A stretch of 33,727 bases of DNA from Diploschistes diacapsis (taxonomy: Eukaryota). The notes under the pieces were generated by a model. It was not told where the DNA came from and did no database searches. It worked only from the letters and a program-made list of their open reading frames with translations. Position numbers and translations under genes: made by a program. Location of the stretch: contig JALAIB010000090.1 in the NCBI GenBank assembly GCA_023645945.1, positions 1 through 33,727 on the forward strand, written 5' to 3'. This document shows, piece by piece, positions 1 to 9,988 of this stretch. How positions within the stretch are numbered: position 1 is the stretch's first letter; each line of letters opens with the position of its first letter.

Positions 1-557
1 GGGTTAAGGGATTGGTATTGCTGTATTTTGTCCCGTACAAGAGTAGGGACTCGGGGCTAATTCAGACATGTGCGCCAAGTCCATTCAGTACGGGAAATTA
101 AAAGATGGTCGTTCGTTCATTGCCTGTATCCCGTTTCTCAAGCACACATCACTTCGATATGGCTTGTATTTTCGTAATGTACCAATACTCTACGCATACC
201 CCCTACGTCTGCTCTCGAAACCATGGGCACCACGCAACATATGCAATCATGAATAATCCGGCTTTTGGTACTTTGGTATCGCCTCTCCTTCCCTTTTTCC
301 CCATCCCTCCAACCCTCTCTCTCTTCACGGCAAAGCAGACGGGCTCACCCAGAGATCCTCGTTGCGCACCATGCAAGCCTAATGACCCCGTTCCCCCTCC
401 ACAATGTCCACTGCGCCATCAGTCATAGTCTAGGTATCTCGGGTCCTTTATATCACAACACATTGCAAGCACTTCTCACTCTCAGTACTCGAGGCTACTT
501 TCTGATACAGCAAGTAGCTTTTTGCAGGCAACCTTCGTTTGGCACACACTGAGCCGG

Positions 558-2483
558 TCAGCCCTCGGCATCCACAAATTCATCCACAGACTTCGTATCC
601 GTGTCCCGCCGTACTATCTGCGGCTGCTGTAGGTCCATTAGATCCGCCGAGTTCGAATTCTGGGCCATCGACAAGGTCTGAGGGGCGCCGCCTTGTGACG
701 TGGAGGCCTTGGGTGTCATTACGTTGTCGCCGAAGTCTATGAGGTTGGTTCCTCCAGGCTGCTGCTGCTGCTGATGCTGCAGTTGTTGCGGTGGTTGTTG
801 TGCTTGTTGCGTATTCACGTCAGGTGGTCTGGCTTGTTGCGTTGGCGCCGCTGGCATCTGCGTCTCTTGGCCTGGTAGGATTGGCGCTATTGCGAGGATT
901 TGGTTGACCTTGTCCTGTGGAGTTTTGCCATCACTGTTCCCCATCAGCTCCGTAAATTTCAGTGTCCCATAAATTCATACATATTAGCATCGATTATCCA
1001 ATCAAGGTTCTCTTCGCCTTCTTCCGGTCCTCCCGGTCCACCCCGTACTGGCCTGAATAGTTTTGGATGCCACTCTATACCTTCTTGTTGCCTCTTCGCA
1101 GCCTTTTCTCGTTGCGCATCCTCTATCTTTGTCTTCTCGTCTGTTGCAGCATTGTGATCCACGTTCCTCACCGCCACACACGTCTTCAGCCATAGCTTTT
1201 GCGATTCGGTATCCATCTGCTCCTCGAGCGGTCTGACTTTGGGTGGTGTGTGCTGTGACCTTTTTGCGTCAAACAGGACTTCCTTCTGCCCAGTCTAAAG
1301 AACGTTAGTAACGAGCTGTATCTCCCTTTACGTGTCATTACCTGGAGGTTCTTGATGGTCATTTCAGAATGCCACGAGCCCGATAGCTCGTAAAGCGCCT
1401 CCCCAGTCTTCTCGTTTTTGATGGTGCCTCCAATAGCATTGTAAGCTCCGCCAAAATACCCTTTCACTTTGAACTCTACATCGACTGCCAACCCTGTCTC
1501 CGGACACCGAACGTAGCTATGATCTCCCAGCTCATATTTCATCTTGCCGAACAGTATGCCTCGAGCGTACATGTTGGGCTGCGTTAGGAAGCTACAAAGT
1601 CAGCAGCGCTTCCTTCTTTTTGTTGCCCAGCTTACTATCTTTCTCCGCCTCGTGCGTGGCCCCTATTCATCAGCCTTAGAATAGCAATACCTTCCATTAA
1701 GCTAGCGGCCGAGTTCCCTAGGAATTTACTCCTCGGCTTGAGCGTGCCATCTATCCGAATATTGTGCTCTGGAGCCATGAAGAAGTAGCTCGATTTTGGA
1801 GGATGATGCGACGTTTGTTCGGAGATGTAGTAGCCTCTCGAGCCGTCCTGGTAGTCCCAGTAGCCCGTGAAGGTCTCTCCCAGGACGGGATTGAGTGGTT
1901 TCTTGACGCCGCTAGCGCCACGTGAGCTTCACCCAGTACCCTTTGGGACTGTTCCTTACGGTGGCTTGATGTGCCAGCCACTGAGATAAAACTTCACCAC
2001 GGACACGAACCGTTGGACGGGGTCCTCGACTTCGGACATGGGTAATAGTGTTTCGGGATGCGCCATGAAACTACAGCGACTCGTCAATGCCACCATATCT
2101 GGCTCTTGCGTTGGCCAACCCACTTTGTTATCCGCTCGAGCATCGAACGGGGTTCTAGGATGAATGTGGGTAACGTCACTCGGCTCAGGTCGGCGCCTGG
2201 CCGTAACTGCGAAATGATGTGGGAGAGCACTGGCAAGTCAGCGACGACTTCGAGTATGGCCTCGGCTGCAGACCATTGCCCTGATCTCCCTCAACTAGTA
2301 TCAATCAGCATGCTTGTTAGAAATCTGCTTAGTTAACTTACCCGTCTCCTCGTCGCTGCTGTTGCCATTCGCTCGGGACGAATCTTGCGAGCCTCTTGCT
2401 GCGAGATGTTAAACTTCACATAACTCGCTTCCAAGCACAAACCTACTCAAAGACACGCGCCGATGGCCCCCAAGCTGCTTCAT
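558..2483 (-). CDS. Oxysterol-binding protein, Osh6/Osh7-type lipid transfer protein; 9 exons, 8 introns
   Basis: Manual splicing gives [126 protein letters not shown]. It contains the OSBP signatures [10 protein letters not shown] and EQxSHHPP. All introns are GT..AG with branch-like motifs. Confidence 0.95.
758..810 (-). repeat. Imperfect CAG/CAA microsatellite encoding a Gln-rich tract (QQAQQPPQQLQHQQQQQP) in the OSBP C-terminal tail
   Basis: gctgctgctgctgctgatgctgcagttgttg on the + strand, in frame with the last OSBP exon. Confidence 0.75.
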
Positions 2484-3101
2484 GTCTGCGGTACGAGACT
2501 GGCGTGGAGTAGGATTTGGCGGTGCTCAGCTTCAATGGAGCTGCAATGGAGGATTCATGAGTTGCTGTATCGTAGGCAACAGTTTAGCATTCGTCACTGA
2601 GCAATAAAAGGGCGATGACGCTGCCTGCTTACAGGAGACTAGCCTTATGAACCTTGATTCATATGCCAGAGTTCAAGTTAAACACCTCACTCAACACAGC
2701 CGCTTTCGGGCACACTGACGTTTGATCGCGGGGAATCCGCAGGAATTCGTGGGAGGGCTGTCATTGGTCAATGAACGTAACCGGGCAATCATCAGCCAAC
2801 AAATGGGACTCGGGAGTGCTCCAAGGTATTAAGCACATATGTTGTCGTAATAAGAACTATCTATATTCACGATTAATTCATTCATTCATTTAATCATTTA
2901 CAGCTGTTTATTGAGTTGAGATGTTCTGAGCAGAGACCATGATGATGGTGGCCGTGAGTTGAGTTAAGTTGCCTTCGTTCTCTAACCTTTCCCTTTCAGG
3001 AGAATCTTACCCTTCCCCCCCTTTCCCAATCAGAACCAGCATGCGACGATTCTCGGACGCTTCGGGCAGCTGACTTGTCCATACTCCAGCCAACCGTAGT
3101 T

Positions 3102-4269
3102 TCAAGCCTTCAACACAGAAATACTTCGTTGAGGCTCTACGCCGCCCGTGATCTCCTCCACAAACTCCCTCTTGGGCCTGTAAAGCATGACATGGAAATG
3201 CTCGACCGCTTTCACACTCTTGATGCTCGCCCAATTCCTGAACCATTGCACCTATTCTCGCATTTCCATCAGTATCAATCCCAAAATATACACTGTGCAA
3301 CGAGTGCATGCTCCAGAAACGTACATTCTCCTTGCCCACTCTACAGCGAAAGGTCCTGTTGATAAAGTCATCAATCTGCTGCCGCGCGGTGGGGGTTAGG
3401 TCGCCCGTATTAGGATCCTCGTCGAACCTAAACTTCGTCCACACTATGATGTGGACGATGTCCTGGTCGACCCCGTATGGCCAGTCGTTTGGCAGGATCT
3501 TGAGGTCCTCTGGTATGGCCCCGTCAGCCCTGACCTCTCCCTCAAATAGTGCCAATGTAGTCGAAGTGGATAGACAGCGTTGAAGGCCGCTGAGTGACAG
3601 GGAACAGACCTGGATTTGTAAATGGCGCGGCATTGGAAGGCCGGATATCTTCCCACTTGAGCCTCTCCCAAAGCACAAAGTTCATTATAGACCCATACTC
3701 TCGATTAAGCGTGTAGACGTACTTCCGGTATAGGCGAAGGTCTGATGGGACACGGTGGAAGAGATCAAGCCGATTGTTGCCTGCAAGGCCTGGACGTCAG
3801 CTGCCTGTTGCTGCAAACGTTACGCCGTCACTGTACATGTTCGTTTATGTACGCTGCAAAGACTGCAAGTTTTGAATCGAGTCTGCACGAGCGGCGCTTA
3901 CGAAGTACCTCCGGCCACGGAATTGCCCAAGGAATAGTGTCGTATAGCACAAGCGAGGCAATTTTCGAGGCAAGATGAAACGAGAGACACATGAACGACA
4001 GTGACAACCACAAGGGTGAGGTGTCGTGGAAGGACTCCCAATCATCTTCCCTCTCACATGACACACGTACCGATCAGACTTTTGACTTCGTCCCACGTTA
4101 ACCTCCTATATTCGGAGTCTGGTGTCGCCAAGATCTCCTGGTCTTTCTCGCTCTGGTGGCGCAGGTAGTCCGGGCATTCTTCCGGCCATTCGTGCGGTGG
4201 AACGTTAACGCACCAGTATGGCAGCTGCCCTTGCCGGCTCTTCGAGGCAGAGGTCGAGGTCACCGCCAT
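3102..4269 (-). CDS. DUF3605-family protein (N-acetylglucosamine-induced protein Gig1-like); 4 exons
   Basis: Spliced product [112 protein letters not shown]. The NDWPY, HxxVW and WFxNW..SV..HFHV motifs are typical of the family. Introns at about 3781-4070, 3511-3609 and 3252-3323. Confidence 0.9.
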
Positions 4270-4796
4270 CGGAGGTTGTGAAGGGGGTTGAAGTAGTTAG
4301 TGTGTTTACATGTAGCTTGGTTGCGGAAATTACTCTGCAAAATCTAAAACTGACCTGATCTACCATAACGTGACGCACGGCACCGGAACATATCTATATC
4401 AACGATGGTCGTAGTTCTAACTTTATCCTGATGCTTTCATGACTCCCGCAGCAATAACTCACATTCCAGACTTACTATCTCGCAGCGACTCCGACTCCGC
4501 GCGGACAAACGGGTATCCTGATATGACAATACATCAAGGTTCGACGCTGATTCTGGAATTTCCCATGGATAAAACCACCAGTTGCAGTCAAATGCAGGAA
4601 ATCCTCCCAAAAAAGGACAAAAAGTAGGGATGCCAAAGTAGAAGACCGTACAAGAACCCCCACCCGCCGTACAACCTCAGATGCAGACCGCAATTCTAGG
4701 GCACGAGGGCAGCTATAAGAGTGCTCATGGCCTCGAAGGGACCCTTTGCATCACATTCCACAAACTTACCTGATTAAGTAAAACACAACCGTTTCC

Positions 4797-5474
4797 ATGG
4801 CAGAAACTATCACTATAATAGCGGGTATAGCAAGCGTAACGAAAGCTCTCGGTGGTGTCATTTCACTTCTCTCAGGCCTGCAAGGGATACCGCAAAAGGT
4901 CAAAATCCGCCTCCGTGATGTGCAGCTTTATCGGAGATTACTGCGTGGCATATGTCACCAATATACCGAATGTCTGCTAACCCTACCTGAGGAAGATCAA
5001 GACGTTGTGTTTGGTATGCTCACAGAGAGCTACGAAATCTGCGAGGAGTACACGAAGCTGCTGAGAAGTATAGCGGAAAGTGCAACGACAAGATTCAAAT
5101 GGACATACAATGAAAACAAAATCGAGGAGCTCAGGGAAAGACTGGAAGCAAGCAAAGCCTCGCTCATGGTATTGGGGACATGGTATGGTAACTGTTCCTC
5201 GTAAGTGCATATGTACACTGCTTGGCAGTTCGTATTTGCGACTGAGTGCTGAAAAACATATTAGCAGTAAGAGACATACGGAGAGAAGAGAGACTTGCAG
5301 TCACAGAGCTATGAGGTATCCTGCGCACACCGCTAGCATTTCCGCAAGAGGACTTTATGTTCTCTTTGAGGACCATCTCCGGCTTACCTCTGACTCTCAA
5401 CTTATAGCATATCTTCTCACCTTATCAAGATGGACGTCCGCCTTCGGCTCCTTCAATTCCTATCCTATATCTAA
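4797..5474 (+). CDS. Small HeLo-like (fungal STAND N-terminal domain-like) helical protein; 3' exon structure uncertain
   Basis: ORF 4797-5204 reads MAETITIIAGIASVTKALGGVISLL..RFKWTYNENKIEELRERLEASKASLMVL: a hydrophobic N-terminal helix and an R-x-K-W...I.EL..RLE..K.SL ending characteristic of HeLo-like N domains. Donors near 5183 and 5202, acceptor at about 5244, a second donor at about 5296 and acceptor at about 5408 would extend it to TAA at 5474. The end coordinate is tentative. Confidence 0.6.
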
Positions 5475-5892
5475 GCAGGGCTCATACATCTGCTCTGATT
5501 GCCTGCCAGTAGTATTGGGAGCAACAGCTAGGACAGTTTTTCTAAGGACTCGGTAGCATGTGACTTGACAGACAGCACTCGGACTTTCGATCGCACCATA
5601 ACTAGGCCCGCTTATTGTACCTATGCTGGCCGTCCAAGTTATATGAAAGCTGGGGCATATCGATAGCACTATGACCGAGCCCATATGGTAGCGCTGTACT
5701 TGTACTCACCGGCATGAGCGATAGTCTAGCAGTCTAGGCTGTAGGAAAGATGGGCGGAACGGCCGATGATTGTACGTAAAGATGGCGATAAGGCAGCAAT
5801 AGCCTAGTTATTGAGCAACAGAGGGAGAATCTCAACCTTTGACCTCGAGGTTTTCCATATATCCTTCCGGCACCCGATAATATATCCCCACC

Positions 5893-6996
5893 TTACCTAG
5901 AGTCCTCAGCATCGAAGCTCGAGTATCGCGGCAACGGAAAATCATCGTTATTGCTCTCGTCGAACCTGTTCGCCAACCATGGAATTGCCGAGACTTTTGG
6001 AAAGTACCCACACAGAAGGCTTGGAAAAGAAATCTCTTCCATGCCGCCTCCGGATGCGCAATGGCCGGAACAAAGGGGGTTCTCGTGTCTCCTCGACAAA
6101 AGGGCGAAAAGTGCTTTCGTAAGCCTCCAGCGCCTTTGAAGGATATTCACCGTCACCGAGCTTGCTCAGTTCGCCCACAAGGACATAGGCCCCATTAACA
6201 GCTAGCGAAGTGCCCATCCCTATGCGTGCCGTCGGGGCATGGGCGGCGTCTTTTAGGCAGACAACTTGGACCATTTGGACATCTTGGTCTGTTGGATAGC
6301 GTGGAAAAAGCTCTTCCTGTATCTGCCTGTCGCTCTTGGATGCCTCGAGCTGCGCCTTTTTTCTGAGCCTCATTGCATGGCATGCGAGTGAACATTGCCC
6401 TGATGGTACTGTGTGGCTCGGGCCTAAGGCTGATGAGCCTTGACTCAAGAGCCATGTAGATGTTCCGCCTGCCATTGTCGCTGGGTAGGCGTGAAATAGT
6501 CCAGCAGGCCACGCACACGCCCAGATCGACCACGTTGACATGCTCTGGAGGGAAGCACTGCTTCCGCACTCTTGACCACTGGCCGTCTGCTGTGACCAAG
6601 AGGTCGAACTCCTGTACCTCCCCATTGCTCAATTCGACTTTGATGTTGTCATTGTTATTTGACATGACTTCCTTGGTCGTAGTACGGAACAAATAGTTGA
6701 TATTTGGATGGGCTTTCGTAGCCTCATAGAGGACAGCTGCCTAGTCCCCACGAAGGATCTCCAATTCTGAGGTAAGGCTACCTAAAAGCCCTCCTTGATG
6801 GGAAAGGGTGCAAATGACCGTCCCTCTGGATCAAGGAATTGTGGCCCTTCTCCGTCTTGTGGAATCGTCGAATTTGATCCAGGAGCCCCATCTTTTTGAT
6901 GACTCTGATTGCACTGCCTTTTGAAATCAACGTTTTGGCCATAGGAGAGAGAAGAATAGCTCTTCTCGACGATATAGATGTGACGAGAACGTGCAT
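5893..6996 (-). pseudogene. Degenerate FAD-dependent monooxygenase/oxidoreductase (FAD_binding_3-like)
   Basis: Fragments in different frames: VIKKMGLLDQIRR..TEKG; SLTSELEILRGD*AAVLYEATK (in-frame TAG at about 6742-6744); FDLLVTADGQWSRVR (DG motif); VVCLKDAAHAPT..GMGTSLAV.GAYVL.GEL (GD motif with G to K); ALEAYESTFRPFV; DDFPLPRY. The N-terminal GxGxxG is missing and there are several frameshifts. Confidence 0.85.
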
Positions 6997-7049
6997 AGCA
7001 CGCCTTGATGTGGACTTATGCGAGCAGGTTGAGTAATTGAGAAACAGGG

Positions 7050-7660
7050 AGGATTAATATTCTAATCGCTTAAGTTATGGGCAAAAGGTATATTAAAGAG
7101 ATTTTCATCTATATAGGACATATGCACCATGTCAATCTTCAAAGAGAAATATCCACGCACCAGCGTACCTTTACATGTGCGCCATCCGGATGGTTTCATA
7201 CGTGTTTCCGCATTCCTGTTGTAATAAACCTTAAAAAATAACGTGTTTTTGCGAAATAAAACAAGCGGCGAAAGATAGTTAATTTAGCCATGTGAAGTAT
7301 GCGCTAGACTACAAAAGGAGCGAGAATCATGTATGTATATATCATAAAGGAATTTTGTTCCTCAGATAAAAACAACGTTCTGATCATAGAAAGTTCAAAT
7401 GTTATATATCTGTTATATAACCGACGATCAGTACTGATTAAAAAAATAAGTCAACGATATATCCTGATAAAAAAGTGCTCATAATAATGTATTTTTAAAA
7501 ATGTTCAACAACGATCTAGCTCAGTGGGGCTAGCTAGCACTATATAGGGCCTGCCCTGGCAGCACCAGCTAAACTACTACAAGCTATCTTTGAAGCTATC
7601 TTTTCTGTCCTAGCACTTGGTACGATCAGAATCAACTTACTATATAATTCTGAAATGCAT
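7050..7660. other. AT-rich, TpA/TAG-enriched non-coding tract; possible RIP-degraded repeat remnant
   Basis: Visibly lower GC than the flanks, with runs such as gtatgtatatatcataa, gttatatatctgttatataac and ctagctagcactatatag, a direct repeat aagctatcttt x2 (about 7581-7603) and no credible ORF. Confidence 0.45.
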
Positions 7661-8432
7661 TGTAGTAAACGCAGAGTAATCGATGTTTACCCTGTATTAC
7701 GCGCCAGAGGTTGTATACCAAGGTATCGAGCCAAAAACGGTAACAAAACTCTGCCCGGTAACAAAGCAACGGAGTTAAAGCTGTGGCTACCTCATGATTT
7801 TCTTCGCAACGTGGAAGCACAGGATCTCTTCCACCAAACGTCTTCCTCCCCCGTTACGATATCGGGTGGATGTAAAATGTGACTCTGGAGCCTGAAAAGG
7901 CAGCGGGCCGAGAGAGTTACTAACGATGACGAACTCGGACGTTTAAACTTTCCAGCTCAGTCAGTTTCAGTCTGTGCCTAGGCCGAAAGTGGGTTAGAGT
8001 ACGCAAAACCCGCCTCGATCCGTCCTAGCGCGCTGCAGGTCTTGGCATCTGGTCTCAAGGGGAAAATTGTGGGAGTGTGCATTCGATGGGGCTTTTGGTG
8101 GTGGATTCATTCACATATTGACATTGCAGGTGTCAGGCTTAGGAGCAAAGCTTTGCAAACGACCCACTGTGCCGTCCTATATTCCCCTTGTGTATCCTGG
8201 AATGGTACTAGCTTACGACGGTCTCCACGGTCGCTCCTGCTCAGCCGCCTGTATGGTCGTTGTCTGACGTGCCACGGTGCCCGTTGGGGGGGATTGGCAT
8301 TGTCCATTTCGTACGTGCAAGAGGGAGGGGGGTCTTCATTGCTTTCTTGGGTTCTTAAATAGCTTTTCTTCTTAGACAGAAGGTGATTTTCTGCCGCATT
8401 TGCCTATATTCTTGTATCCTCGTGAATTCACA

Positions 8433-9517
8433 ATGCCCACAACGACGGCGGCAGGGCCTGTGCCCACCGTGACTGCCAATACCGATGCAGCAGGCTACTA
8501 TCCGTATGATCCATCCACCACGACCGCCATCCTAGTGCTGGCGTTTTTCTTCTGCACAACCTCTCTGCATATTTTTCAGATGACTTGGACGAGGACATGG
8601 TATTGGGTGCCATTTATCGTCGGCGGCTGTCGTGAGCCCTTAACCCTCCCTTTTTTTTGTACCGATATTTGCGGTTTTGGAGCATCGAGGAGGAGCGAAG
8701 AGCCAATACTAACTGCAGGACAGTGGAAACCATGGGATACACAGCTCGAACGTATAACGCCGAAAAGACGCCAGACTGGTCAAGAACTGCGTACATCCTG
8801 GAAACGCTCGGCATCTTGATTTCACCAGCTTTCATGGCAGCTTCCATGTACATGCTCTTTGGACGGTTGATCCGTCTTTGCGACGGCGACCAACGATCGT
8901 TTATTAAGGCAAAATGGTTGACAGCGATTTTCGTTACTGGCGATGTCCTATCGCTTTTGGTCCAAGCAGTTGGTGAGTCCCAACTTGGTTTCTGGTCAAG
9001 CTGCTTTTGCTGAAATGAAGCAGGTGGTGGTGAGGTAATCTCAACAGATCCCGATACCATCCGACGCGGCGAGAAGATCATCGACGCTGGATTGCTTGTT
9101 CAGATTGCTTCGTTTGGAACCTTCATCACAAGCGCCCTCGTTTTCCATTGGAGAATCCTGAAGCATCCCACGGACGCTTCTACTAACCCTGCACACCCAT
9201 GGCAAAAGCACCTGATCACCCTTTACATCACCAGCTGTCTCATCTTCGGTCGATGCATCTTCAGGGCGGCGTCGTATTTGCAAGGTTACGGTGGCCAGAT
9301 TGCAAAGTCCGAGGTGCTCTTCTACATCTTCGACGCAACGTTTGTCTGGATAGTCACAGTCATCTTCAACATCATCCATCCGAGCGAGGTGCGGGCCTTG
9401 CTCATTGGCAAAGGCAGGATTTTCTGGAAAGGCCGTTTGGAACAAATCGATTTCCAGCCCTACCATATCGACGACGAAATTCCATTGCACAGAAGGGACA
9501 GAAAGGCGAGACATTGA
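8433..9517 (+). CDS. RTA1-family 7-TM protein (Rta1/Rsb1-like lipid-translocating exporter); 3 exons
   Basis: YYPYDPSTTTAILVLAFF..LHIFQMTWTRTWYWVPFIVGGC|LETMGYTAR..ILISPAFMAASMYMLFGRLI..SFIKAKWLTAIFVTGDVLSLLVQAVG|GG..GEKIIDAGLLVQI..RCIFRAASYLQG..EVLFYIFDA..HP. Introns at about 8632-8723 and 8974-9023. Confidence 0.93.
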
Positions 9518-9988
9518 GAAGCGTGAACATTAAATTGAACATTATGAACGAAGATATGCGGTGTTTGGTGGCGCAACGGTAGACAGTTCCCAGGTTTCAA
9601 GGTTTGAGAGGATTTGGCAGCATCCATCTGCACGGTTGCCTGAAAGGTGCATTCCATAGCAAGGAACAAATCGATCTAAACAATTCTTACTACCAAACGT
9701 TCTGCTTTCATCCCAACCATCGCCCTTGTTCTTACATAGATCAAGACATGGATTTGGTAACATGGCCGTAGCTTGTGATGCCACCTGAAAGCACCCTCAT
9801 CCTTGCCCAACTGAAACGAGAATGGCTGGCCAAACTTCCAGGAGACCCTTTTGCGCATGACTCCTAGTTTAAATGCACTCATAACGTAGCAACTGGGAAA
9901 GACAAGAGAGAGACGACTGCCACGAGCCTCTGATGTCATGAACATAGAGTAGATGATCTCAATTTCCCCAACTCCATGCTAGTCAAAG

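Noticed and set aside
1..10. gggttaaggg resembling a telomeric repeat
   Set aside because: Single imperfect unit with no TTAGGG array.
68..552. Short overlapping + strand ORFs
   Set aside because: No recognisable motifs; they lie in the OSBP 3' flank and are of chance length.
2877..2890. (TTCA)3 microsatellite
   Set aside because: Too short to be meaningful; lies in an AT-rich intergenic/terminator region.
3007..3678. 223-aa ORF as a stand-alone gene
   Set aside because: It is one exon of the DUF3605 gene read through flanking introns and out-of-frame exons.
3781..4070. C/D snoRNA or TPP riboswitch in the long intron
   Set aside because: Only a partial box C (GATGAT), the CTGA coincides with the branch point, no terminal stem is seen, and the TPP aptamer core motifs are absent.
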